DNA from: the human T2T-CHM13v2.0 reference genome, Homo sapiens
Assembly: GCF_009914755.1 (NCBI RefSeq)
Contig: NC_060930.1
Strand: one strand, 5' to 3'
DNA length: 64,000 nucleotides
This document shows, piece after piece, positions 17,089 to 31,408 of the stretch. Under the pieces are notes generated by a model. The model had not been told where the DNA came from and did no database searches. It was given only the letters and a program-made list of their open reading frames with translations. Each line of letters begins with the position of its first letter. Within the stretch, counting starts at the first letter, position 1. The translations under genes were made by a program, and so were the position numbers.

Positions 17089-18365
17089 GCATGGATAACA
17101 AAAAATGAATCTCAGTTAACATCACCATAAGAACAAATTTCCTAGACATAAACTAGGATTGGAGAAGGTATTTCGCTGTGGCTGTGGCTTAGTATGTTTA
17201 AACCACTAATGGTGTTCAGATGCCCATTTGAAACTGAAGTTAGGGAGGTAATTCAGTAACCATCAAAACTAAAGTTAGGGAGGTAGTTCATTCACTAAGT
17301 ATTTATAACCTGCTTCATGTAGAACACAGCCTTAGAGATCAGGGATCTAATAGGTCAGATACGTAGAGACCTGACTTTCAAAAGGCTTACAGTCCAGCTG
17401 GAAAATCAGATAAATATGCAGACAATTTAAAATATCTCCAAGCACATCCTCCAGCAACTGTTGAGGTTCCCACACTTTGAGGGATATGTAGATTTAAAGA
17501 CAAGCTCTGGCAGCTAGGAATTTTTGAGAATTTATGCTACTTCTATAGTAGCAGAACCATGTCTGAACCAGTGGGTTCCTCTCATTCTTGCAGCATGATT
17601 TGGTCATTCTGCAGGAGTGACCAGCCTCTGCTTGGAAAGAGCCAAGATGGCCAGAGGCACTACTTATCCTGTTTTCCACTCCCTCTTGATATTGTCTCTT
17701 CATCACACAGTTCAAAACCCAGAGCACAGGCTCTAGGGAGGTCCACTTGCACTGGTAATATCAATGGAACACAGAGGATGGATGGCTAAGGGAAAAGGAA
17801 AGGTTTCCATGTGGAATAATGTATTCATTGAATAATATAAATAATATATATCTTACACCAAGGCTATGTAGAAGTTAGAGACATCTAAAAATATGTTAGT
17901 GAATTGATTTTTTTTATAAGCTAAGGTCAAGAGGTTATGTAATTTGCCCAGGATCATACATTACAGGAAAGATAAAGATGAACAACAAATATCTTGGTTT
18001 CTGCTGATTGTAATTTTCTGGGGGGTGGGGGGAGGGTTCCATATGGCTTATTCAAAAAATATTTATTGAACACCTACTAGGTGCCAAACAGTGTTCTAAA
18101 GATAGTCCCTTAACCTTAGAGCTTAGAGATTAGTGGATAAGGTAGATATTAAACAGAGACAAATATGTAGTAATTAAAATTTGGTGTGTCAATTGAAGGA
18201 GAAGAACTGGGTTGTAAGAGAAAAACAGAAGTCACATTTGTTTAGCTTGGAGGTTCAATAAAGAAGCACCGTATGAAGTACCGCAGATCACCTTAAAAGT
18301 ATAGTTGTAGAAGTTTGGGGGAAAATTTTACTTTCTAATCTTTCTATTTTTGCTTTCTCTTTAAG

Positions 18366-18459
18366 GATATCAATTTAGACTCAATAATAGTTGATCATCA
18401 GAATGATTCCTTTAGAGCAGAAACAATTATTAAGGATTGTTTATATCTTATACATATTG
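18366..18459 (+). CDS. CYB5R4: CYB5R4 exon 8: DINLDSIIVDHQNDSFRAETIIKDCLYLIHI(G)
   Basis: ctctttaag|GATATC...ATATTG|gtgagt; 94 nt, phase 0 to 1. Confidence 0.95.
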
Positions 18460-19721
18460 GTGAGTACTTTATTATTATTAATGGAAAGAGCTCTGGTTTT
18501 CTTTAAATATGGCAATAACTTGGTCTACAGTCTAGGTAACTGTAATATTTTATCTGCTGTTACCATTTTGGTTTGTCATTTTTGATCAGTTTTTTTCCTG
18601 TAATTTCTTTACACTAATAAAAGTACTAGCAAGTGGCGGTGTGACCTCACCTTTCGAAGTTTAAGCAATTAGATGCAATCAAAATCAATAATATAAAATA
18701 CTTGTTGGCCCAGTTGTGTAAAATCTCTCGTGCCTGACACCTACAAGAAGTCTTCCAAGGCCCATTGGTCACATGTCTTACTGACTGTCCTTCGCTAGGT
18801 GGCCCATTCCACTGGTCTGTTCCTTGCCAGTTCTGCCATAGGAAGTCAGTGGCTGCAGCAAAGCAGCCTGGACTACAAATTTGTATTGTATCCTCCAGCT
18901 GTCAGTCCCTTCGTGGCTAAAGACCAACTTTGTATTTTTTTATCAGGACAGAGAAAAAAGTGGTAGAAACCAGGGAACCCTACACTAGCATACATATTTT
19001 AAAAAACTAAAAATTCCACAGTTAAAAATATGAAACTCTTGGTTGCCAATATTGCATTGGAATGACTGAAATCATACAAAATTGTAAATTCCAGATAACC
19101 ATATGAACACAGTGAAATTTACAGCAGACATTTGTAAGCGTATTTCTTGCATCCCCCACTTCTGGAATATAAGTTCCATAGGGGCAGAAATGTTTCTGTC
19201 TTATTAACTGTTGTGTCCATAATACCTAGAAAATACCTGTCACACATAGACGCTCAATAAAATTTTTTTTCAATAACTGAATGGATAGTCAACTTTGGAG
19301 AACAATAAGAAAAGGTAAGCTAGACCCAGACCTGGCCTCTGTTCACATACATACACACACACTCACACACTGGGGCTTGCGTGCTTCAGGTGCTGCCTCT
19401 CCGTAGCCTGCTCCTCTCTTGGTTTGTAGGATTCCCAGTCTGGAACCATCCATGCTTGGACTAGCGTGGGTTACCCATTTATGGGCAATTGAGTATTTGC
19501 TCTTTAGTTAAAAGGGAGAAAAATGAAACAATTGAAAATGTATGTATTTAAATGATTTGATTCTTTATTTTGATTGTGTAAAATTGTTTTGGTCTTTCAG
19601 AACACGTTTTGTCTTGAGGGATTTGAAATAGTACATAAAAGAGCCATTTAAATGACATATGGTGTTCAAAAACTGTATGAATTGAAGTTCTATTTTAACT
19701 AAATAAATTTGTCTGTCCTAG

Positions 19722-19754
19722 GGCTAAGCCATGAGGTTCAGGAAGATTTTTCTG
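19722..19754 (+). CDS. CYB5R4: CYB5R4 exon 9 (33-nt micro-exon): (G)LSHEVQEDFS(V)
   Basis: gtcctag|GGCTAAGC...TTCTG|gtaagc; phase 1-1; contained in ORF 19709..19894. Confidence 0.94.
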
Positions 19755-19904
19755 GTAAGCTACCAAAAACCAAAAATTATGTATGTACGTACATATACAC
19801 ATACCTACAGAGAGAGAGATACGAAAAAATTGAAAAATTAGCATTTGTTTTATTTTTCATGTCTATATTTTCACATTGCAAAACAAAGATGTGATGTTTT
19901 CTCT

Positions 19905-19999
19905 TTTTTTTTTAAACTTTTAAGTTCTGGGATACATGTGCAAGATGTGCACGTTTGTTACATAGGTAAATGTGTGTCATGGGGGTTTGTTGTACAGAT
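19905..19999 (-). mobile_element. Short L1PA 3' end
   Basis: Poly-T then ttttaagttctgggatacatgtgca...tttgttacataggtaaatgtgtgtcatgg. Confidence 0.8.
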
Positions 20000-20079
20000 A
20001 CAAACAAATACATTAATTTTTAAATATACCCCTCCCTCTGGTTTTGGGTTTTTTCCTATTTTTTCTTCCCCTTATTCCT

Positions 20080-20285
20080 TTTTTGTGTGTGAGATGGGGT
20101 CTCACTCTGTCACCCAGGTTGGACTGCAGCAGTGTGATCTTGGTTCACTGCAACCTCTGCCTCTCAGGCTGAAGTGATCCTCCCGTCTCAGCCTCCTGAG
20201 TAGTTGAGATCACAGTACACACACCACCACACCTGGCTAATTTTTTTTTGTAGAGACGGGGTTTCACATGTGGCCCCGACTGGCC
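20080..20285 (-). mobile_element. Truncated AluJ
   Basis: Right arm plus part of left arm; TSD-like ccccttatt on both sides. Confidence 0.85.
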
Positions 20286-21109
20286 CCCCTTATTTTTTTT
20301 CTCTCTTTAACCTTTCTTTTTTTTCTCCTTAAAAAAAAAAAAATCTGTCTCCTTTTTATTCTTCATTCCTCGTATCTGCCCTACTCCTGACATGCAGCTT
20401 ATAGAAATATACTATGTTAGACAAATTTTTCTTTCATCTATATATTTAAATGTTTAATGTTGAGAGAGCATACTAAATTATGAATGTTGCTGCATATAAA
20501 CATGCAGCGTAGGTTTTACACAGCTATTTAATAATAGAAGACTCATCATAGAATGGTATATTCTTGTTTTCAAGTACTGTCATGGTACCTTACACTGGTC
20601 CAATGTTTCCTCTTTTCCGTATATCATTATAGGCTCTGTAAATTGTATAAATCAGGCTCTTTAAAGACAAAGACCATGGTTTTATTTTGGTTAAGCTTCA
20701 AATCAGTGCTCATTGAATTGAATTCATTTGACTCATCTATCTTTAAAAGTTAAATTGTTACTGGGTGTTGTGTTCACTATAGGGGAGAGCAGAACATTGT
20801 TTCTGAAGAAAAATTAAATATGCTTTAAATCTTTAAAAGCATGTTCAATTCATAAAATTTAAATCAGCATATGAAAGCACATATTTTATTATTTTACCCA
20901 TATATTGTAAACATTTTAATTATTCAATAAATAAAAAGGTAATCTAAAATATTTTTATCAAAGATTCACATGCACTTTATCAATTTACTCTATTGACTAG
21001 GAACTCATTCTCATGAGGCTCTTCTTGTGTTTAGTAGGCTCAGTATTAGTCTACTGAATTTAGTCATCAGAATCCTTCAGATTCTAAGGAATGTTAACGA
21101 AACAAATTA

Positions 21110-21377
<268 letters not shown>

Positions 21378-21754
21378 TTAAATTTGCTTTTGTGGGGGCA
21401 TTCGATGCTAATTTGTACATCTCAACCTTTTTTTTTTTTTTTTTGTTAGCTTTATGTCAATTAGTTGCCATGGCTATATTTGAGCTTGTTTGAAAACCAG
21501 CAACACATAGTAGTTTGGCCCTTAATAAATTAGTTTGAAAGAACTTAATCTGAATCTATTAATAAAATAAAGCATATAAGGATAAACAATTATGATTGTG
21601 ATTGAATATGTAAGCAAAATCTTATTTATCCCACTAATAATCAGTACCATTCATATTAGATCAGGACACTTGTACTATTTGAGAAATACTGGTTTTAAAA
21701 TAAAATCTTGTATTTAGTATCGATGAACACAAATGGAATTTATCTTCTTTTCAG

Positions 21755-21877
21755 TGCGGGTTGTTGAGAGTGTGGGAAAAATAGAGATTGTTCTACAAAA
21801 AAAAGAGAATACTTCTTGGGACTTTCTTGGCCATCCCCTGAAGAATCATAATTCACTTATTCCAAGGAAAGATACAG
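21755..21877 (+). CDS. CYB5R4: CYB5R4 exon 10: (V)RVVESVGKIEIVLQKKENTSWDFLGHPLKNHNSLIPRKDT(G)
   Basis: cttttcag|TGCGG...ACAG|gtatgc; 123 nt; ORF 21733..21918; end of CS domain (KIEIVLQK..W..L). Confidence 0.96.
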
Positions 21878-22298
21878 GTATGCTGTGTTCTTTTGTTACG
21901 TTAATTTCACATTCATGAAATTGTTGTTAGTTGTACAGTTGTACCAGAGTTTGGAAGGCTGCTTTGAAATGAGCTGAAGGGTCCTTGTATCTACTGCTAG
22001 GAAGTTTGAAAGGGACAATGTGTGTTGTCCTGCTTTTTTTTCCCATAGAAGTTAAATTTCAGACTCTACTATCTAATGTTTAGGCATAGCAAAGTCATTA
22101 CGTAATGATACCTGAATGAAGAAGCCCACTTGTGCTTAGACTGTTGATCAACCATTTTCTCTTTCAGGTCCCCTTTTGTGAAAGATACAAAAACAAGTTT
22201 AAGTTTATGCTTTGTATGTCTGCTTGATATTTTTCCTAATGAGGAAGACATGTTTACTATTTTTCTTCTTAATTAAACTGGTTTCTCAGTTTACTTCT

Positions 22299-22719
22299 TG
22301 TATTAGTCTCTTCTCACATGGCTATAAAGAAATGCCTGAGACTGGATAATTTATAAAGAAAAAAGGTTAATTGGCTCACAGTTCCACAGGCTGTATAGGA
22401 AGCATGGTCCTGGCATTTGCTTGGTTTCTGGGGAGGACTCAGGAAACTTACAATCATAGCAGAAGGTGAATGGAAAACAGGCACATCTTACATGGCTGGA
22501 GAAGGAGGAGGAGAGAGATGGGGGAGGTGCTACACACTTTTAAACAACCAGATCTTGTGTGAACTCTGTCACGAGAACACCACCAAGAGGGTGGTCCTAA
22601 ACCATTCATGAAGGATCCGCCCCCATGCTCCAGTCAACTCCAACTAGGCCCTACCTCCAACACTGGGGATTACAATTCAACCTAAGATTTGGAAGGGGAC
22701 ACAGATCCAAACCATATCT
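22299..22719 (-). mobile_element. MaLR solo LTR (MSTB-like)
   Basis: tgtattagtc...ctataaagaaatgcctgagactgg...gggacacagatccaaaccatatc. Confidence 0.85.
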
Positions 22720-23663
22720 TTTCTAAAAGATGATACCATTCATTTCTTTTCATTTTTAAAAAGCTTTTTATCTAAGTTTAACATATATATAGAAAAGGGT
22801 GCATATTAGAAGTGCTCTACTTGATGATACTTTGCAAAATGAACATATCCTGTATTTTCTCTTTGGAAATTGGTAGTATTTGCTCCTTGTTCTAAGTGTT
22901 TTGGAATTTCACAATGATGTGCCAGAACATGGATGATTTTTCATCCTTCATGCTGGGTATACATTTTTTGTGCTAATCTTTTCAATATGGAAACTTAATG
23001 ATCTTCAGTTCTTGGAAACTATTATTGGTTTTTCTTCTCCCCATGGTCTGTTTTACTTTCTACATATTGAACTTCCTTAACTGTTCTTCTAATTATCTTA
23101 TCTTTTCTCTCTTATTTTCAGTTTTGTCCTTTTGTTCTACTTTCTGCAAGATGTCTTCAGCTGTGTCTTCTAGCTCTTCTATTGAGTTACTCATTTCTAC
23201 TCATATTTTTAACTTCTATAAATCCTTTGATTTCTTTTCCTTTGTTTTAGCATCCTATTCTTATTAGCTTATCTTTTAAAGAATGACTGGTAATGTTTTC
23301 TTCTCACTGTATAACTTCTGTGTCCCTCAGGTTTGTTGTTTTTCATTTGTTATGGTGTCTTTAATATTAAATGCTTTCTTTGAATGTTTCCTAATCTTTT
23401 ACTATCTGCTCATATTTCAGGGTGGGACTGTAAAGCTAATTGGAAACTGTGCATGTGGGTGTGGCTTGTCAACGGTTATATTCACTATATGGCTGGAACA
23501 TTTCTTTGGGAAAAGTCCAATGCCAAGAGTCCCTAGAGTGAACAATCTCCTACCTTGTACCCAGCATTTCAGAAGCCATGTGGGGAAGAAGGCTGGGCCT
23601 AGCTTCTGGTATATCTGTAAGCGTCACTTAATTTTTTCTTTCTTTTTTTTTTTTTCTTAGAAT

Positions 23664-23978
23664 GTTATATTAGTTTGCTAGGACTGCAGTAACAAACTAC
23701 TACAGACTGAGTGTCTTTGGCAGAGTCGGTCTCTTCTGAGACTTCTTCCCTTAGCTTGTAGATGGCCTCCTTTTTTCCTGTTTCTTTAGATGGTCTTCCT
23801 TCTGTGTGTCTGTGTCCTAATGTCCTCTTTATAAAAATACCAGTCACAATGAATTAGAGCCAACTTAATTACCTTTTAAATGAAGACCCCATTTCCAAAT
23901 GTCGTCACATTCTGAAGTGTTGGGGGTTATGACTTCAACATATGTGTTTGGTGAGGGGACACAATTCAGTCTATAGCA
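23664..23978 (-). mobile_element. MaLR LTR (MLT1A/B-like)
   Basis: tattagtttgctaggactgcagtaacaa...gtcacattctgaagtgttggggg...gggacacaattcagtctatagca. Confidence 0.75.
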
Positions 23979-24507
23979 TAGACCCAATCCAAAGACCCCT
24001 TGTTTACCCTCTAGAGTGCAAACTTCTTATATTTTGCTCATGTGGGGAAGTGTCAGTCATGTGGCTGTGCTAAGTAGGGGAGGACTTCAAGGGGATGGGA
24101 AGACCTATCCAAGCTTCTTAAATGAACTTGTATTGAGAAAGTAATTTTAATTCTACCTTGACTCTGATGCCAGAGGTACTTGGTCCTGCCAGTTTCTGGG
24201 CCTTAAAGGAATTTTGTATTATAAGCATGTTGGTTCTTGGCTTTCTACACTTCTGGCTTAGCATTCATCTGTCTTGGGTCTGTTGAGTCATTTACCAGTC
24301 TTCTCTCTGCCTTGTCAGCTCCTAAAGTTTTGTTGCTTTTGTCTCTGATTTCCGTTCTTCCTGTCTGTGTGGGCTTATGCCTTAAAAATCAAACACACAT
24401 ACAAAAACCCTCTTTGTTGTTATTTTAGGGGATTCAGAAGGAACTAACTGCATGTATTCAGTTTATCTTCTTTAAATATGTAAAATTATCATATATAATT
24501 TATTGCA

Positions 24508-25458
24508 TGAGATAGGAAAAAACAAACTTTTTCCTAGTCTTACCGCTCCACTCAGAACACTAAAATGTGAGATTTCTTCTCACCAACAACCAATTCTACA
24601 GCAAACTGTCTATCCTACAATTTAACTCAAGTCTGATACATCCTGGAGTTTAGGGCAGACCCCACAGGTTAAGGGCTTAGTCCCACAAGACTGCCCCCTA
24701 CTTCACATGCCAGTTGCAAATTCCAGGTTGTGATCTATCTTCTGACCAGCTACCTATAAATCAGTGTTATCACAGCCTCCTTCTTGGGTTCAAAAATTTG
24801 CTAGGATGGCTCACAAAACTCAGGGATACATTTAAGTTTATCATTTTACTATAAAGGATATTACAAAGGATACAGATAAATAGCTGGATGGAAGGAATAC
24901 ATAGGGAAAATATGTGAAAAGGGGCACAGAGCTTCCATGACCTCAGTGATTGCATCACCCTCCAAACATTTTCATGTGTTCAGCTTTCCACAAGCTCTTC
25001 AAACCATGTCGTTTTGGGTTTTTATGGGGGCTTTATTACGTAGGTGTGATTGATTATGTCAGTGACCATTGGTGAGCAGCTCAACTTTCAGCCTGTCCTG
25101 TCCTCAGAGGTCTAGGAAGGGGCCTGCTGGTTCCAATCCTTTAATCACATGGTTGGTTTCCCAGGCAGACAGGTCCCATCTTGAGGCTATCCAGGAGCCC
25201 ACCAGGATTCTCCCCATTAGAACAAAAGATGCTCCTATCACCCAGGAAATTTCAGGGATTTAGGAATTCTGTTTAAGACACTTGTAGTACTTAGGAGATT
25301 ACAGAAAGTTTTAGGAGCTCAATGTCAGGAACCAGGGTTAAAGACCAAATATTAGAATAGAAGATTCTTTTAGTGTCTTTTTACAAGGATTTTAGGAGTT
25401 CTATGTCAGGAACCAGGGACACAGACCAATAAGTATTTCTTTTTAATTCACAATTACG
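24508..25458 (-). mobile_element. MER21-like LTR
   Basis: cagaccccacaggttaagggcttagtcccacaagactgcccc and internal repeats gattttaggagttctatgtcaggaaccaggg. Confidence 0.7.
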
Positions 25459-27192
25459 AAAATATATTTGTAGATAATTTTCAGAAAAGTATGAGGCAGC
25501 CTTATTTTGAGTACACCTTGTGTGTAGGAGACTGTTTCAGGCACTGGAATGAAACAGAGTATGGGAAATTTAGTTTCCCAGGTGGAAGATAGAAAATAAG
25601 CAAACATGAAATTGAAGAATACTTTTATAAGGAAACAGGCCGACAAGGACAAGTTATACAGTACAAACTAAACATGTTTTGTGGTGGCCCCAAGTGAATA
25701 GACACAGATGAATTTGGTCTTGAATGACTGCCTCAAGGAAGTGAATTTGAAGCAGTATTTTCAAAGTGAGGTCCATGGCTTTCAGAAAAAAAAAACAAAA
25801 CAAAAACTATATGGGACTTTCCAGGTGGAGCTACAGATCATTACTGGTTGCATATTGTGCCAAGCATTTTGCTGGGTGTAGAGAGAGAAAAATGTAAGTG
25901 GCATATATAGGAAAGTTCAAATGGGTTAATTTTACCAGAGCAAGAAGTCTGAATTTTTTGGTCATAGAGAAATGATAGTGTGATATAGCAGATCAGAAAA
26001 CAATAGAAAAGGGACAATGGAAATGAAAAGGTATTTTTAGAGTGAAGTCTCTTTCCCTGAAATTATCTGACTTATCTAGTGACTGAAAAATCATAGCAAA
26101 CTAGGTAAAAGCCAAGTCCAAGAAATAAATGATACTGAGAACCTGGGCTGACCTCCATTTGGAAATACTAGTTAGAACGACATCATTCAGATATTCTCTG
26201 TAATTTCTTGAGGCTTTCCATGAATTCTTTTATTTCTGCTGTAAATTTTTCCTTGAATCCTGAAACACCATTAAAAAAGAAAGGTTTAGCTTTCTTGTTT
26301 GAAATGGGAGCTATAATGTGTTTTTCAGTGAAGGTTTTCCACTTTGGAAAATGACTTGGAGTTTAGGAGATATTTTTGTTTATTTCACTGCATTAGCAAA
26401 GATAATTTCATCTTTCTCTTTTCTCCTCCTTAACTCATGACAAAAACTAGGTTATTTTATTCACTAGCAAAGCCGAATGCTTACATCAGCAAAGTATTAT
26501 AATTAACTTGCTTTGAGTAGCCTTAAAGATTTACAGCCAATTATGTGGTTCCTAGATTTTCAATATGTATTGCTGTAATTATTGACTTTATGATAATAGT
26601 ATGCTGGCTCCATCTTACTAGTTTCTTAGCTAAAAGAACTTGTTTGAAAACAAGTGTATAAGTTGAAAAACTTTTAATATAATGTTTTCACATGTCAAAT
26701 CTAGAATATACTTACCTGAAGGATTCATATATCAGAAAGAACATCAATCAGAGAAGAGAAACTTTCATTTTTTACCTTCCATCCAAATGTAGTAGGTCAG
26801 TATTTTAAATTGTATGAATTGAACCAATATGATTTATAAGTGTGATGCTTCCAATTAATTTTTTTCTTCCCGGAAATGAAGATTATGAGTGAGTAGCTCT
26901 GGGGGGTGTGTGGGAGAAAGAGGCAGGGGGAGAGAAAGCTATAGAGAAAGAGATGGCTGAGGAACTTCTCTATTAGGGTTCAGAAATCAATAGATAATTG
27001 AATTGCTATTTCTATACCCAAGGTAACATTAGCATTTTATCTTAATTGATACTGTCTTTAATATGGAGTCTTGGATCACCAAACAAAGGTAATTTTAAAG
27101 ATATGCCAACAAATAACCCAGTCAATTAGTCTTAGGAAACAAGATTTAAAAAAAAAATTGTCTCACAATTTTGATATGTTAACAGCCACTTA

Positions 27193-28443
27193 CAGGCACA
27201 TGTTGGAGATGTTGTGGGTTGGGTTCCAGACCACCACAATAGAGTATCACAATAAAGCAAGTCACACAATTTTTTTGGTTTCCCAGTGCATGTAAAATTA
27301 TATTTACATTATACTTTAGTCTGTTAAGTATGCAATAGCATTATGTCTTAAAAACAACTTATACATTTTAATTTAAAAAACAGTATATTACTAAAAAATG
27401 CTAACAATCATCTGAGTCTTCAGTGAATCATAATCTTTTTGCTGGTGGAGAGTCTTGCCTCGATGCTGATGATTGGTGACTGATTAGGGTGGTGGTTGCT
27501 AAAGCTTGGGGTAGCTGTGGCAATTTCTTAAGAAAAAATGAAGTTTGCCCACATCGATTGACCCTTTCTTTCACAAAAGATTTTTCTGATAGCATTTTAT
27601 TCACAGTAGAACTGCTTTCAAAATTGAAGTCAGTCCTCTCAAACTCTGTTGCTGTTTTATCAATTAAGTTTATGTATCATTCTAAATTCTCTGTTGTCAT
27701 TTCAGCAACATTTCACAGCATCTTTGCCAGGAGTAGATTCCATCTCAAGAACCTACATTTTTTACTCATCCCTAAGAAACAACTGCTCATCTGTTCCAAG
27801 TTTTATCATGAGATTGCAGCAATTCAGTCAAATCTTCAGGCTCCACTTCTAATTCTAGTTCTCTTGCTGTATTTCCACCACATCTGCAGTTACTTCCTCC
27901 ACTGAAGTCTTGAACCCTTCAAAGCCATCTGTGAGAACTGGAATCACCTTCCAAATTCCTATTAATGTTGCTATTTTGACTGCCTCCCATAAATCTCAAA
28001 TGTTCTTAATGGCATCTAGAATGGTGAAACTTCTATATTTGAAGCCCGCTGTTGAGACTTACTATGTGAAAAAAAAAAAAAGATTCCTTTCAAATTGTTA
28101 TCATTCATTGACAGTCACCCAAAAACTCTGATGGAGATATCTGTCATGAAGATGGCTTCTTTCCTTAAACCTCTTAAACCAACTTCTAGCTTCCAACTTT
28201 TCTTTTGTAGCTTCCTCACCTCTCTCAGCCCTCCTAGAATTGAGAAGAGGTAGGACCTTGCTCTGGATCAGGTTTTTGGCTTAAGAGAGTATTCTGGCTG
28301 GTTTCATCTATCCAGACCACTCAGACTTTCTGCATATCAGCAATAAGCCTATTTCGCTTTCTTATCAGATCATTCATATGCTCACTGAAGTAGGACTTTT
28401 AATTTCCTTCAAGAGCTTTTCCATTGCATCCACAACTTGGCTA
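27193..28443 (-). mobile_element. Tigger1 DNA transposon, internally deleted and rearranged
   Basis: ta|caggca...ggagatgttgtgggttgggttccagaccaccacaata matches the reverse complement of the remembered Tigger1 3' terminus; transposase remnants. Confidence 0.85.
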
Positions 28444-29071
28444 TAGTGATTGGCTACTAATAATTACTAATCATGTTCTCAAACTTTTAAAACAAGGCCT
28501 ACTGAGTTGGGACAAGAAACGCTAATAGCGTCTTACTCCATCCCACATCTTTTCCAGCTGCCCTGAGATGTTGGACAAGCTTTTTAACTTCTATAAGCTT
28601 CTGTTTCCAGCAGGGAAAATAAGAGTAACTAAGTGCTTCAAAAGTGCAAGAAGGAGAAGCCAGTTGAAGGCAGTGTGGACTCCTAGTGCAGTCTTCTCTT
28701 TCTCTTCTATCTCCCATTGAAGACTTTACCTGTGTTTTCTGTTTTGGCCTTGTGAAATTCTATTTTTTAAAAGGGAAAATACAGTTTCTTTTTAACATTA
28801 AGAGAAAAGTATGCCCAAATAGTCTTATTATCCTCAGTATTTCACCCTTACCCTGAGTATCTCAATATTAATTGTATGTATTTAATTCAAATAAGTTAGG
28901 TATTTGGGGCAGTAATGTTTCTGTCTTATGTTTTTGTTTTACTGTCTTTATTTTCAGTTTCTCATTTTTTAGCATAATTACCTGTGCTTAGAAAGCCAAA
29001 AAGTGGACAGTTAGATAATGGCATTGTGCAGGCTGAAGTAGTCAGTGCCATCTGCTTTATACTTCTTTTTT

Positions 29072-29377
29072 GTTTATATATATATATATATTTTTTTTTA
29101 TTATACTTTAAGTTCTAGGGTACATGTGTACAATGTGCAGGTTTGTTACATATGTATACTTGTGCCATGTTGGTGTGCTGCACCCATTAACTTGTCATTT
29201 ACATTAGGTATATCTCCTAATGCTATCCCTCCCCCCTCCCCTCACCCCACAACAGGCCCTAGTGTGTGATGTTCCCCTTCCTGTGTCCAAGTGTTCTCAT
29301 TGTTCAGTTCCCACCTATGAGTGAGAACATGCGGTGTTTAGTTTTTTGTCCTTGTGATAGTTTGCTGAGAATGATGG
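29072..29377 (-). mobile_element. 5'-truncated young L1PA 3' end with TSD
   Basis: TSD tatacttctttttt at 29058-29071 and 29378-29391; tail converted to (TA)n/T. Confidence 0.92.
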
Positions 29378-31408
29378 TATACTTCTTTTTTCTTATCTTA
29401 TATACTGCAGTTCCCATCTGTCTGTGCTTTCTCCTTGATGCAATTGAAAGATGAAAACTTTCTTAAATCTTTCTTAAAATCCTTGGAACCTATAGTTAGG
29501 CTGTTCTTTTGAAATTATAGTCAGGCTTCTATGGGTAGAACATTGAAATTATCTCAGTAGTGTTAAATAACAAGAATGCTGTGTCAACTCTCTAACAAGG
29601 AAAGTCAGTAAATCACTGTAACCCAGGATTTCCTTGTGTTTTAAATATCATTGGAGAGTTGCATAGTTACTATAGCAAACTTTTCTAGCAAATGCTAGAG
29701 TAGAAATTGTCAATCCAGAAGGTGAGCATTTTCATACAGCTGTAAAGTTATCAAGATGATATGCACTAGATTTTATTAGAAGAAAACAACACTGTGGTCC
29801 TTAGACCTGTGCAAGAGGGTCACCTGCCCTGGGTTCCACACTTGGAGAGCCCCACGTGACTGTCTCCAGCCACACCCCTCCCACAAGGTGAGGAGTATTG
29901 CAAGGCCACGAAGTATCCACCTGGAGCTCATCCTCTTTCTTTCAACTTCACCCTCTGTATCTAGAACCATGATTCCCTGCCCAAATGACCCCAAATCTAC
30001 TTCTATCCAAGGAGTGGCCAGGGCTGTTTATGTGAAAAGCTAGTGCATGAGCTTGAGCCTTTACGTTAATGTATCCACACCCATTTAAGACCCTACTCAT
30101 TGTCAGACAGAGCCAAGGATGAGAAGACAAGGGGGACAGGCAGTAAGAGTGCAGGTCTCATTCCTCTGCCATCTCACTGATACACTGAGGAGTTTAAGAA
30201 TCCCGAATTTGAACCTAGCCTTCTAGGACCTTGTAAAGGTATATATTCCAAGATGTAGCATAGAACATACTTTGACAGTTATTTGCGTGATTTATAACGT
30301 TAAATATTTATACATATATAGTATGTGGGTCTCTAGTTGTATTCTTACTGTAGGTTCCAGAAAGGGTCTGGAGAAAGAAATAAAGAGATCATTTGCACCT
30401 TCATTTCTCCTTGTGCATGGGCCTATGTCCTTTGACCCTTTGGTTAGTCCAGTGCTTGTTAGGCCTTCCGGGATAACTTTAGGGTGGGCTCTTAGCCGTA
30501 ATCTGGTCCAAGCCTGTGCCCTGGCACTAGAGTGAGGTGACCTCTAGTGATACTCCAAGGTCTTTGCATAAAGCGATATAGTCTAAGCTTATATACTTAC
30601 TGCTACCATGATAGGTGGAAAATTGAGTGACTGATCTGTTGGGAGCAAAAGGGAGAAGGGAAGTTGGATTCATTTGTGACTAAAATGATTTCTTAGGATT
30701 ATAGGTGAATTTCAGTTTTCTACTAAGCATTGATTATTAGCTGTTGGCCCTTCACTTTCTAAGATCTGGAGAAAATATTTCTGCACCTACTTGAATATTT
30801 TTAGCTTAAAAAAAAGAGAATAGAGTAAGAAATATATTATCAGGGTTTATTCATTTACATCTCTGTAAATACTATTTTATGAGAGAGGAAATAAAAAGTT
30901 AATATCTTCACGTTATTCTGATATGCTGTTTATGTTCAAAGATAATTTACAAGTGAAAATCTTAATTCTTTCAGAAATTCTGTAATAAATTCTTCTAATC
31001 CAAATGGTATTATTTGCTCTGTATACAAACAATATTTTCTGAGCTTGGGATATTTCAAATTTCTCTAGTATTTATAAAAATATTTGATTCCTTTTATCTA
31101 TTTGTATGTTAGTACCATAATCCTATTCCTACCATCTTCAGCTTTTCACTTGAATTAATTTTCAGATACCAAAACCTACACCTTTAAGCATAAATGTTTT
31201 TGTTTTAATCATTTTTGACAGTTAAAATGTTCTCTAATCATGTATATAAAATACATACACACAAACATAGAGACACAAGAATGTCTATCTTTCTTGCCTT
31301 TGTCAAAGAGATATTCTAAAATTGCTTACTAGTGCTACTGTTGTTAAGCCTTAAAGGCTTGAGTTTCAGGACTTTTCCATGGTGTAAGAAAAGATTTTAG
31401 AATGTACC

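Noticed and set aside
19826-19846. aattgaaaaattagcattt (IEKLAF) resembling exon 14 (LEKLAF)
   Set aside because: Short AT-rich match without extension or splice context; probably chance
25255-25430. Spaced direct repeats that superficially look like a CRISPR array
   Set aside because: Internal repeats of a MER21-type LTR in primate DNA; only 2-3 degenerate units and no cas genes
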